64,000 nt of DNA from Phyllobates terribilis (taxonomy: Eukaryota), in assembly GCF_046119375.1 (NCBI RefSeq), contig NW_027362763.1, positions 288,796,001 to 288,860,000 of the forward strand, read 5' to 3'. Below the pieces are notes generated by a model. The model worked only from the letters and a program-made list of their open reading frames with translations, did not search any database and had not been told where the DNA came from. How positions within the stretch are numbered: position 1 is the stretch's first letter; each line of letters begins with the position of its first letter. Shown here piece by piece: positions 35,403-48,600 of this stretch. The position numbers and the translations under genes were made by a program.

Positions 35403-37164
35403 TACCTTCATCATTTTCTCAGTGACGTTTTACCAGCACATTCTTGTTTGCCAGGCGTATTACTTGATGAGAAATTATTTGCTGTGATGTGTTTCATTGT
35501 TTACAGAACTCCTATTTTGTTTGATGAGCATTTACACCTACGGTGAGTTAGGACAGGCTGATCGCCACTGCTAAACAACCGCTGATCAGCTACATTCAGG
35601 CGATTGGTGATTATTCAATGTCTTGATTAGACAGGTTGATTGCAATTCCATTGCACAGAGAACAATTGTTAATACGATCGTTCCATGCACATGAAATATC
35701 ATTTACTCAGCAGCATGCCTCCTGGTTACACAGGACAATGTGCTGCCAAGAACAATCAAGCAAGCTTTTTGCTCTTTCATTGGGTGATTTTTTGGCCTGT
35801 TTAGATAGTCCTATAATCGGGTAGCAAGCTTTCCTAGGAATACTCGTTCCTGATTATTGACCAGTGTAAATGTTCCCTAAACCTAAACCTCTGCTCTGGG
35901 TATTTGAGGAAATTTATACATTGCAGCAATGGAGGTAACAGTGGCTGGTTTTCCAGCTGTCCTCTATCACAAAATAGTGCCAGTAAAGAAACTTCTTCAT
36001 AAGGTTTGTTTCTGCAGACTGATCTGCGGCACGATATGACTGCCAGTCGGTAAACTTCTACCGATCAGCAGTCATTTGACTGCCTGTTTACACGGTAAGA
36101 CCAAAGCAAACGATGCGCACTGAGCGATCTATACCATCGTAAGAGTATAGTTCACGATTATCTTGCAGTGTAAATGCCCCTTTAGTTATAAATGTTACAA
36201 ATTCACTTTCCACGGCCTCCAAGCTGCAGGATGTATGCAAATGACATCATCAGCTCAATTAATGAAACACAAAAGTTAAAGCTCTTTTACCACCTTGGTT
36301 TTTCTGTTTTTGCGTTTTCGTTTTTTGCTCCCCTTCTTCCCAGACCCATAACTTTTTTATTTTTCGATCAATGTGGCCATGTGAGGGTTTATTTTTTGCG
36401 GGATGAGTTGTACTTTTGAATGACACCATTAAGTTTACCATATCGTGTACTGGAATACGGGTAAAAAATTCCAAGTGCAGTGAAATTGCAAAAAAAGTGC
36501 AATTCCACAATTGTTTTTTGGTTGTTTTTTTTTTTTTTTTTTTTTTTTACCATTTTCACTAAATGCTAAAACTGACCTGCCATTATGATTCTCCAGATCA
36601 TTACAAATTCGTAGACACCAAATCTATAGGTGGTTCTTTTTTATTTAAGTGGTGAAAAAAAAAAAATACAAATTTGTGAAAAAAAAAAAAAAAAAGTTGC
36701 CATTTTCCGTGACGTGTAGCTTCTCCATTTTTTAGGATCTGGGGCCGGGTGAGGGCTTATTGTTTGCATGGTGAGCTGACATTTTTATTGATACCATTTT
36801 GGGGTAGATACGATGTTTCGATCGCCCGTTATTGCATGTTTAATGCAACGTTGCGGTGACCAAAAAAAATTAATTCTGCCCCTGGGCGGCACTCATAGCA
36901 GATCGGCTATGCAATCACAGGGGTTTCCTGCAGATCTGCGATCATGTGACCGAAGACTGCCAGACGTTGAATCCCCTTTCTCAATTACAAACAGGAGTAG
37001 GGACGATATAAGATAAATTGAGCGACCAGCTTTTATCTTATGTATATGTGTACCACAGACATCAGATTGTCTGGAGATTTTGCCACATTTTGTTAGCCTG
37101 CCTGCGTCTCTATCTATGAACTGCTTAAAGGGAAGCTATCATTGGAAATAGACCTAACGTTTTA

Positions 37165-38036
37165 GGCTATGTGCCCACGATGCAGAAATGCTCCGTATTT
37201 TTCCTGAGCGTTTCTGCATTTCCCCTGGCAAAAAAAAACACATGCGGATTGTACATGCATTTTTCCTGCCAGGGACATGCGGATGTGAAGCGTTCTTCAC
37301 ATGCATTTCCGCATGCGGGTTGACAAGCGCTCTCCAAGCGATTTTAGTGTCACTTGGAAAGTGCTTGTCAACTTGGTCACACTATATAAATCCATGCAAA
37401 CGGCATAGATTTATATACTGTGACCTTAAAGAATGGTTAAAAATAAACAATAAATCTATACTTACCTTCTGATGGCCTTCGGAGTCTTGCTTCCCTCCGT
37501 TCTCCCTTGCCGGCAGATCGCGGTACACTGAAGGACCTGCCGACGTCAGCATCTCGTGACCCGTCACATGACTATGACGTCAGCGCAGGTCCTTCAGTCC
37601 ATCGCGAGCCGCCGGCAAGCGAAGACAAGGAGAGCGGGGACCGTCAGAAGGTAAATATAACATTTTTTATTTTATTCTTTTTTTCACAGGTTCTATGGTA
37701 CCCGGGTCCGGAGGAGAGTCTCTTCTCCTCCAGACCCAGGTACCATCTGCATATTGGAACGCATGGAATGCGCATCTACATATACAGTGATGCGTAATCC
37801 ATGCGTTCCAATGCAAGTCAATGGCGGCGAAAACGCAGCGCTTCCGCAAAATAATTGATAGTGCTGCGTTTTCTTTCCGCAATGATAATCCGCAGCGGAA
37901 ATTTCCGCAGCATGTGCACAGCACATGCGGATTATCATTGGGGAACATGGCAGGCCTTCTACCATGCGTTTTTTAAGCGTTTCTGCGTTTTTGCCGCTGC
38001 GGAAATGCTTAAAAAATGCATTGTGGGCACACAGCC
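37165..38036. mobile_element. Same Harbinger-type MITE, downstream of MYNN
   Basis: TIRs intact; flanks TTA and TAA (one mismatch). Confidence 0.85.
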
Positions 38037-39266
38037 TAAATCAGGTTTTGTGTTACCTGACCTGTATTTTTAAAACATTTTTTGCAATTTATTTTTCCTT
38101 GTGTGATGTAAAATCTATACTAAAAATTAAAAAAATAGAAATCTTGTAATATTCACAGTGGCCACTGGGGCTTTTTTAGACTTCTTGTTGTTTCAGGAAA
38201 CAACACGGGTACATAGCCACATTGATGAGACCACAGCTATATCTTTTCTATTGAAGCATCTAATGAACCTGTACAAAGGTTATTGTGAAGGGAGGAGGAA
38301 CAGGATCAGCTGTGACCTCACCTATTATTAGTGCTGAATACTGTATTATCGACTGTGCTCAAGGTGTTGCCTATCATTGTCATCCTGCCTCTGTTGAGGG
38401 TTATTTTCTGATGTCCGCTTCCCTTCGGTTTAAAGTCAATTGCGAATAATGTAGATAAGGTTTCCTCTCGTTTTAGGCTGGCCAGACAGATTTCCATTGA
38501 ATTGGTAAAGCACCAGTAGCTTAGTAGCATTTACAGTAGTTGCAGCCATAACTGAGTGCTCACATGAGATGTTCACATGCTCTTCTGCCACTTGATAGAT
38601 TTGCAGCTCTATAGGTAGATGCTATACATAACTATATTTATATATTTACTATATGATGCTACCTATATCATCACAGTCTCCATTCATGTGTTAGGTCGAA
38701 TATAACATTTTACCAGACTCGTAGATTTCAAGTCACTTGTGTATCATAATGGCTTTTATACCAAGCACAAGCAATTTTGTCAGGTCTCCTTTAATTGCGT
38801 CACACAGGATTTACCCATTTTGTATACAATAAACTAGATGTAAATGACACCGGCGCACTTCTGCCCCTATCCCGAACGCCTCACATACAGTGGCCACCAG
38901 GGCTTCAATGAGAACATATTGGTGCCTTAATGTTGGTTTTAAATTGATAATTAGGGCTGCGTTATGTAACGTATGTCTTGTGTGCATTGTCTTCTCATGA
39001 TTTCACACTGTCTTTTTGGTGAATTATGTGCAATAAATTCTAAATAGTTCTCACACTATAAAGAATGACTTGCACTATAAGAATTTTGGAAATGTTTTAG
39101 ATGTGGTTATTGAGTCTATTTGTACATCAGCTTTGTGATAGCTGCATTTTTATTGTTTTAAATAAAAGTGCATTTTCTAAATCATATATCTGTGTGTCTT
39201 TATCTGATATACACTAGACATAATTTAGCCTAAAATATACAAACAATTTAATTGAGCATAGACGTA

Positions 39267-40893
39267 CAGTACAGACCAAAAGTTTGGACACTCCTCATTT
39301 AAAGATTTTTCTGTGTTTTCATGACTATGAAAATTGTCCATTCACACTGAAGGCATCAAAACTATGAATTAACACATGTGGAATTATATACTTAACAAAA
39401 AAGTGTGAAACAACTGAAAATATGTCTTATATTCTAGGTTCTTCAAAGTAGCCACCTTTTGCTTTGATGACTGCTTTGCACACTCTTGGCATTCTCTTGA
39501 TGAGCTTCAAGAGGTAGTCACCGGAAATGGTTTTCACTTCATAGGTGTGCCCTGTCAGGTTTAATAAGTGGGATTTCTTGCCTTATAAATGGGGTTGGGA
39601 CCATCAGTTGTGTTGTGCAGAAGTCTGGTGGATATACAGCTGATAGTCCTACTGAATAGACTGTTAGCTGCTTTTTTCTTGCCATAGTACAAATTCTAAA
39701 TAAAGAAAAACGAGTGGACATCATTACTTTAAGAAATGAAGGTCAGTCAGTCCGAAAAATTGGGAAAACTTTGAAAGTGTCCCCAAGTGCAGTTGCAAAA
39801 ACCATCAAGTGCTACAAAGAAACTGGCTTACATGAGGACCGCCCCAGGAAAGGAAGACCAAGAATCACCTCTGCTTCTGAGGATAAGTTTATCCGAGTCA
39901 CCAGCCTCAGAAATCACAGGTTAACAGCAGCTCAGATTAGAGACCAGGTCAATACCACACAAAGTTCTAGCAGCAGACACATCTCTACAGCAACTGTTAA
40001 GAGGAGACTTTGTGCAGCAGGCCTTCATGGTAAAATAGCTGCTAGGAAACCACTGCGAAGGACAGGCAACAAGCAGAAGAGACTTGTTTGGGCTAAAGAA
40101 CACAAGGAATGGACATTAGACCAGTGGAAATCTGTGCTTTGGTCTGATGAGTCCAAATTTGAGATCTTTGGTTCCAACCACTGTGTCTTTGTGCGACGCA
40201 GAAAAGGTGAACGGATGGACTCTACATGCCTGGTTCCCACCGTGAAGCATGGAGGAGGAGGTGTGATGGTGTGGGGGTGCTTTTTTGGTGACCCTGTTGG
40301 GGATTTATTCAAAATTGAAGGCATACTGAACCAGCATGGCTACCACAGCATCTTGCAGTGGCATGCTATTCCATCCGGTTTGCATTTAGTTAGACCATCA
40401 TTTATTTTTCAACAGGACAATGACCCCAAACACACCTCCTGGCTGTGTAAGAGCTATTTGACCAAGAAGGAGAGTGATGGGGTGCTACGCCAGATGACCT
40501 GGCCTCCACAGTCACCAGACCTGAACCCAATCGAGATGGTTTGGGGTGAGCTGGACTGCAGAGTGAAGGCAAAAGGGCCAACAAGTGCTAAGCATCTCTG
40601 GGAACTCCTTCAAGATTGTTGGAAGACCATTTCCGGTGACTACCTCTTGAAGCTCATCAAGAGAATGCCAAGAGTGTGCAAAGCAGTCATCAAAGCAAAA
40701 GGTGGCTACTTTGAAGAACCTAGAATATAAGACCTATTTTCAGTTGTTTCACACTTTTTTGTTAAGTATATAATTCCACATGTGTTAATTCACAGTTTTG
40801 ATGCTTTCAGTGTGAATGTACAATTTTCAAAGTCATGAAAATACAGAAAAATCTTTAAATGAGAAGGTGTGTCCAAACTTTTGGTCTGTACTG
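39267..40893 (+). mobile_element. Tc1/mariner DD38E (Intruder-type) element, copy B; open 338-codon transposase frame (39714-40730) with its start codon inverted
   Basis: TA TSD on both sides, TIRs of about 270 bp, WSDESKF / FQQDNDPKH / SPDLNPIE triad with hand-counted D-38-E spacing. Confidence 0.95.
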
Positions 40894-41049
40894 TATGTAC
40901 AAAACCTTGGAAGTCATATTTGTATGTGATACTTTCTTGCATGGGTAATGGTACATGCTAATTGGCTTGTCCTGTACTTCATTTATGAATATGAAGGAGA
41001 CATTAGGGAGTACACTGTGTTATGTACATGCACCATGCCTTCATTTATA

Positions 41050-41970
41050 TTAGGTGCTCAGCATAAATGAGTACACCCTAACAGATTTCTCCGAAAACCT
41101 TTGTTTCCTTTCAGAAGCAACATTTTCTATGGGATACCATACAGTAAAATACTCCCACAAATGTAGGCCATTGATTGCAAACAGGATTTGCACACCCAGA
41201 AAAGTAATTTTTCTAACAAATTCATTCAAGATCATGACTAGTGTTGAGCGAATTTGTTCGGCATTTCAAATTCGTGTTCGCACCAAAAAAATCAACTCTG
41301 CCCTCGAACATCCCTGATTTGCCACGCTGTCAGGCAGATGTTATCGATGTTAGTGATTTAATTTTTTTTTTTTTTAACAAAGATGGAACTGCAACCATTT
41401 CACAGACATGTCGAGACTGAGGTTTTAGAGGTTAACACCTAAAACGGGAGCGTATTCTGATGAGATAGGTTGAAGAAAATCGACAAGCAAGTTCACTGCA
41501 ATTAGCTAAAGTCGAAAGCCAAACCGGGGTGAGTGTTTCCTGTGACAATATGGAGTACACTGCAGAGGAATGGCATGCATGGGTGTTGTCCAAGAAGGAA
41601 GCCTCTCTTAAAGCCCATGTACAAAAAAGCCTGCCTATAATTTGCCTAAGGCTATGCTAAAAAATATACAAAACACACATCTAAGGCAACTGTTGCATTT
41701 CTGAAGAAGAACAGGGTGAAAGTGATTCAGTGGCCAAGTATGTCTCCTGATCTGAACCCAATTGAACATCTATGATGAATTTTGAAGAGACAAATTGAGC
41801 CTCACTCTCCATCCAGCCCTAAAAGAGGTCATTCTTGAAGAATGGGAAAAGATGTTGCAATGTCGCCAACTTGTTCTTCCATACCTAGAAGACTTGGTGC
41901 TGTCCTAAAAATCATGGAGGTCATACAAAATACTAGATATAGTAGGTTTTCATGTGGACTGTATTCATTT
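41050..41970 (+). mobile_element. Degraded Tc1 remnant
   Basis: 41701-41775 translates [24 protein letters not shown]. Boundaries are approximate. Confidence 0.7.
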
Positions 41971-42409
41971 TTGCATCAACTAATTAAAGTTAGTTAAACT
42001 GAAGATTTTGTAATGAAAAGTTTTATATTAACCTAACTTTCACTTTATGGGTTAAAAAAACGTTCTATGGAACGCAGTCTTGTCAAAATTTTGGAAATTG
42101 TTCTTGTGGTCAGTGAGATATTGATTAAAATCTTTTCAAAGGGAGCAGCCTTCACAGTTCTGTCAGACAGAGCAGTGCCAAGCAGAGGAGTGGTGCTGGT
42201 TTGGAGCCTTTTTTTTATTTTCATTTAATGAATTTTTCTTTATTTTAAAAAGGGTTTATCCAATAGTGCACATCCATTTTAATTAATTTCCAATTAAATA
42301 TACTAGTAAACTACAAAATAAGCTCAAAGTATTGTATTCCAGTTTTAATATGGTCAAGATGATTAAAATTGCATACATTTTCAAAATAGATTTGACTTCA
42401 TTTTAGCTT

Positions 42410-42610
42410 TCAGAAAGCATGATTATTTATTATCGTGAGACTGGAGTTGTATAAAGGATCATTTGAAATACCATACGTTGGAGTCCAGTAATAATGCTTC
42501 TTTAGACCATGAAAGAGTTCTGCAAGGTAGACACGACCATCAACCACATACGGCTGTACATCTGTTGAGGAGGCATCCAAGCGACCAGTCAAGAGAAGCT
42601 CTGAAAATGC
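42410..42610 (-). CDS. LRRC34: LRRC34 last coding exon
   Basis: catttcag|GCA; AFSELLLTGRLDASSTDVQPYVVDGRVYLAELFHGLKKHYYWTPTYG...HAF TGA. Confidence 0.95.
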   Translation of the reverse strand, partial: AFSELLLTGRLDASSTDVQPYVVDGRVYLAELFHGLKKHYYWTPTYGISNDPLYNSSLTIINNHAF

Positions 42611-45600
42611 CTGAAATGGTACACACATGTTACTAGGGTTCTTTAGGCAAACAACATATCCAGAGACATACTTGCCTTAATGGCAGACCACACAACTGCT
42701 AGGAGGCAATGCCCTCCACCTGGCATCAAAATTTCAATGGTATCTGCAACCCCAGAATGCAGAAACCATTGAATAGAATGGTATGACAGGGAGCTCCGTC
42801 TTCCACCTTTCAGCCTGAGTGTCTAAGTTCAGTGCAGCAGGCGCAATGATGTCACCAGATCGCACCTGCTGTGCGTTACCCAAGTCTGTACACTGCACAG
42901 AGTGGAGAACTAGATAGGGGAAACAGGGCTAGGTGAGTAGCTTTATATTTTTAAGTACTTTTGGGGACCCTGATCTGTATGGGGGGTTGTTGGAGCCATC
43001 ATACTGTGTGTGAAGGACATGATGCTGTACATGGGAAAACTATCGTGACATCATACTGTGGGGGGGGGGCACTTTAGGGGCATATTACTATGGTAACATT
43101 GGGGAGCCGTAGGAGACATTATGCTGTGTTGAGGGTCTCTGTGGGGACATCATAGTTTGATGGGCACATTGTGGAAGAATCAATGTATGGGGGGAATTTT
43201 GAGGGCATGAAACTTTGTGTATGGGGAGTACTTTGGGGGAAAATTGTGTGGGATAATTCACTGTGGGGATATCCTACTCTTTAGGCCATGAAAGGGGTGG
43301 GAAACCTAAGGTGCTACAGTAGAGGCATAATTATTTAAATGCTGCATTACATGTTCCTCTCCTTGTTTTAAAAGTTGAGAGGTATGAGTCTGTATACTCC
43401 GCTGAATATTTTTCTTATGGGTGTTGTGAGAGGGGGGCCCAATTAGGACTTTTTCTGTGGATTCCACTGATTTCTATGTTCGCCCCTCAACATATTCATA
43501 TCAAAGCACTATCATGAAAAACAATACTGTAAGGTCTAAATGGTCAGTAAGACTTTTTGTAAAACTAAAATAGAGTGCCTTGAACATTATTGACATATTT
43601 ACAGAGATATTGGCAATTTTCTTTTGTGGCACCATGTACAGGAAGTACGGCCATATTAGTTGTCACATTTGAATTCGCTTCTGATGTCACTGATGTGCCA
43701 CATAGGGTGGAAATCCACATGTCATATTAACTGTTTTAAATTTGTGCAATTATTTCTGCTGTGAGATTCATGAATATTATAACAGTTATCACCACTGACA
43801 TAACCTACCTCTATGTTGCCTCACATGTATTTTCCTCAGACCACAGTAGATCTTAACAGTAGATCTAAACTGGAACTATTCCAACCTGTGCAGCACATCT
43901 CCATTTGTCAGAAGCAAAGTTACTATGGACTGCCATCATACTGTCTGTTGTATGGACAGAAGAATTTACATTTTCCACAACTTCCTAGCAAATACAATTT
44001 AAGTTTAGTCTTAGTTACAATTAATGTGTTGTCCTAAATAGGCAGCCTCTTATTAATAAGGAAAGCACCTGCTGTGATTCTAGCATAAGAGAAGCACAAT
44101 AACTCAGTCCCCGACCCCTAATAGTGTATATGGACAAGGTTTGGACAGGGGCAATCACTTTATAGGGGTTATCCCACAAACAACATTACACATACATGGA
44201 ATAAATGATTAATCACTTAGATCCTTCTGCTAGGACTACCAACTATTCTAAAGATCCTGTGTCCCCAGTGTGAATACAGCAGCAATGCTCTTTCCAGGTC
44301 CATGGGTCTATCGGAGTGATAGTGTTCATGCATCGCCACCGCCTCCATAGACAGTGAATGGATTGATTACCGGCCATGCATACACACTACCACTGCATTC
44401 ACACACACACGGGACCTCTGTTCTAGTGATACATTGGGAGCCCAGAGGGTGAATTCCCAGCAATCATACACGTTGATACATGACTATTGTTAATGCGACA
44501 AGCCCTTTAACTAGAATGGATCTTAGTTGCTATGGGTCTGCACCTCTCTTGTGATTGAGGAACAAATGTGACCTAACTGTTATGCTTTCCTCCCCTATTA
44601 CATACACTTTTAGTGTAGTAAAAAGGTGCTTCAAGTACTAAAGCAAGAAATTACAGCCACTGATGAGATCCAGCAAAAGTTTTCAAAATAGTGTTATAGT
44701 CTCAAGATTCTCGGTTTAATGATATAAGAGATATTAAAAGAAACCCAAGATAATGAAGTGCAATAGTATACATACCTGACAGGCATCTTCATCAAGTACA
44801 TTCCCCCAAATGTAGATGTATTCTAGTCCTTTGTTTAGTTTAAGTGCAGCTGCCAAAGCCTTCAGCCCTTCTCCTGTGATATGGTTACTGACAATTGCTA
44901 ACCTGGTTTAAATAAAGAATACTATTATAAAAATGATTCAAGACTGTACCTATACCCCACATAGTATCAAACGATGTTACTGATAAGTCTACATTGATTA
45001 GCAGTAGTGTTGAGCGAGTATGTTCTGTTAACCCTTTCGCCGAGTACGCTCGGGCCGAGCTCCGAGTAGTTACAGCTGCTCGGTGATATGGTTGAATCCC
45101 TCCGTGTGCATGATTTGCGACTGTTTGACAACTTTAATACATGTGAGGAATGTGTAAGAAACAATCATTCCTCACATGTACTAAATCTGTCAAACAGTCG
45201 CAAATCATGCACACGGGAGGGATTCAACCATATCACCGAGCAGCTGTAACTACTCGGTGCTCGCACAGAGCATACTCGCCGAAAGGGTTAACAGAACATA
45301 CTCTCTCAACAATAATTAGCAGCAATGTTACCTATATGATTACACACTGAGAGCAGTTTTCTGATTGGTTTCAGTGACTGCCAAAAAATTAGTTGGCCAT
45401 GATTTTCTTCCACCTATCTTTACACATGTAGGAAGTCCTACACACGAGTTAGTAGATTAACATACACACACTATACAAAAAGAAAAGCACTTGTCACAAA
45501 AAAGAAGGTGTTCCGATAAGTCCATCTATATGAAAGTTATGCAAAGTTGACCTGAACGAAGGTAGGGGTAGGGTTTCAATGATAACCAACCCCCAGGAGG

Positions 45601-48600
45601 TTTGACGCAGGCAAGAACTAGAGACAACACTGGGGATGGATAAGCACCCAAATTACCGACCAAGTAAATATACGGGCGATCCAGGTAATTAGATAGTTTA
45701 TGCCATAATAATGATTGTTAAGGATCCGGGTGGTGGAAACTCTGTGCTGCGGTGCAAGGAGGGACCAGAGGGGAGTCACTAGATAGCAACTCGGACTGAC
45801 CAAGGTCGCACAGCGGCTCAATCGACTCCGTGAACCAGGGAAGGACCGAGCAGAAGGACCAGGTGCTACTCTGGACCAGTCCTTGTATGAGAGCAGGTGA
45901 CTCCCACGGGTCAGAAGGCAGGGACTGACCGGTACAGCAGATAAGCACGTCAGGCAGACTGACGGGTGATCCGGGTAGACGGACTGGCAGACACCACGGG
46001 TAACTGGCAGGAGCCTCCAGGTAGGCTGGCTGGTAGGCACGGCAGGTAACAAGCAGGAGCCTCCAGGTAGGCTGGCTGGTAGGCACGGCAGGTAACTAGC
46101 AGGAGCCTCCAGGTAGGCTGGCTGGTAGGCACGGCAGGTAACTGGTACGTTCTCAGGGCAGGCAAGCCTGGCCCATAGACAAACTGGCGGGTTTGGACCG
46201 TAAGCAGAGTGTTGGGCAGGACTGGTAGTCAGGCTGGCTGACTGGACTGGTAGTCAGGCTGGCGGACTGGACTGGTAGTCAGACTAGCAGCGGAACCTGA
46301 GGGCTGAAGCAGAGTTAGAACACAAAGCTACAACCTTGCACGGGCACCTCCATTTGGAGGAGGTGCCTTTAATATGGGAAGTCCTCCGGCCGGGGACTCC
46401 TTAGGATGGCGCAGCAGCCCCTTTAAGAGGGAGGGAGCGCACGCCCTAAGCACAGTGCCCGGGAAGCTGCGTGCGCCGGCGACAGCAGCAGTAGGAGAGC
46501 CGGAAGACGCCGGGGACGGCGTCTCTGCCTGTCAGGGGGCAGAGACGCCGATGCTACAATGATCATTCTGCCCCCGCAACTGTTTGTTGACCTGAGTAAA
46601 AAGGCATCAAATGACCTGTCTATAGTTGATCAGAGTTTGTTAATGGTGTACTGATGGGCTGAAATCGGCAGATCTAAATGCACCGTAAGCTTACTGGTTG
46701 AAAGACTGGTTATTAATACATTTTATCAATACAAACCTCTGTATGATTAGCCCACCTCTTTGCGATTCACTGGCGTTATTAAGACATTAGCTGTAGGTAT
46801 GTATAGACGTTTCTATTAAGGCCTTATTATCAGCATCATGCGTGAATTATCTCGCCAAGCCACCTTATAATAAGGAACTTACTGGACGACGTCTCACCAC
46901 CTTCTGCAAACTCCTATTGTGGAGATGTTTCTGTGCTCAACCAACCTTGTCCAGGACACCCCAAGCTTCAGAGGATATTAAGCATGTAGCGAGTGACCTT
47001 GGTACCAACTAACCCGCCAAAAGGACTCAACCAGTCGTTATCTAGTGCATGTGGGGGGCGTCACGTCACATATAGCCTCAGCCTAACTCTATCAGCAGGA
47101 AATGTGGAGTGGGGGGGGCAACATTTTTTTATGATTTACATGAATAATCATGGTGAGAACATGGCAAGCACTTCTTCAGCAATTCTGCTTCCTGACTGGG
47201 GTTACCAGCAGCTCCTTTCTCATCCAGACTCTCTATGAGGCTGGACATCACCACGACTGTTATGTGGTATCAAAGTGTGCCGATGCTGATTGCCTTTCTC
47301 ACTCCAGGATCGCTTCTGCCAATCTCTTCAGTGCCATACATGGATCCTCTAGCTTTACCCAGCTGCATCTGCAGCAGTACAGAACTGTATGATTTTGGGG
47401 GTGCTCTGCCCTGACCATCCTTGTGACACTGAGTCAGGGACTTAGATACTGGGTTCTCCTTTTTGGAGTGTAGTGGTGCACAGCGTTTCCATAAGCTCTG
47501 GTGGCCCTTCCGATCTTCTCTCAGCTGCACAGCATCTCCGCTCTAGTGGCGGCCACAGCAGTGATCTGACCGATGACAGCGTCCCTATATCATCATCACT
47601 TTCACTTAAAGGGGGTCCATCTCACTTGAAGTCCTCTATTCTGTTCCAGGAAATTCTCCACAGTAGAAAATAAGCACAATATATTTTAAAATGACATATT
47701 CTAACATTAAATGTGAAATGCAATACTAACGCTTTGAGGCTGCTAACGTTTAACTGAATGGCTTCAGCAAGGTAGATAACACCTTCATCCTCCATCCTGT
47801 TTGAGGTCAGGTCTAAGATCTCCAGTGTTGTATTTTTCTTAAGTAGTTCTGCCAAGCACTTGACGCCATCACGGGTTATTTTATTGCTGGAAAGATAAAA
47901 CATGCATATTTGTTCAGTTTACTTCAGATTTACTCATAAGTCAGTGCACTTAAAGGGGTTTTCAACTACTGACAATTCCTAGACATCAGAAAGGTCCCTT
48001 CACTGTAAGCTGATCTCAAAGAGTCCTACAGGTGAGACCTCCAGTGATCAGCTGTCATCTGTGGGGAAACATGGCAGTAAGTGTAACATTTTCCTGCAGC
48101 GCCACCACAGGAGAAAGTAAGTATTACACAGAACCTTACAAATCTATATATCTGTGAGATGAAGGACGAGACAGGTCCTCCAAAGAAATACATGCATATA
48201 CTGAAGAAGGGACTCACACTATAGGAATTCTACCTTTATTCTATGGTTTTCAAGGAATCTGCAAAGTTTACTTCTCAGATTGGATTTTGAGCCGCTGGGA
48301 ATTTATACTGGTTATCATTCAGATCAAATGCAGAAAAATGTGCATGTGAGTCTCAAGGGAACAGGTATATGTCTCTGTGTAGCTGAGTAAAGAAACAGAG
48401 AGGATTTACACACAGTCTGCTAGTAAAGCCATTTTTCCACATTGAGATTGTATTGCACTTTTAGCTGTGATTATCACAAAATATACTGTGACAACCACAG
48501 AAAAATAATACAGTACAACTGCAAAGTGTGAACACACTGTGCAATCGTAGTAATCAGATATGGAGCACACATGTACAATGCTGAATTACACCTCACCAGC

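Noticed and set aside
41455-41490. CTGATGA followed by GAAA (also CTGATGA at about 44663)
   Set aside because: No stem II or stem III pairing; chance matches to the hammerhead core.
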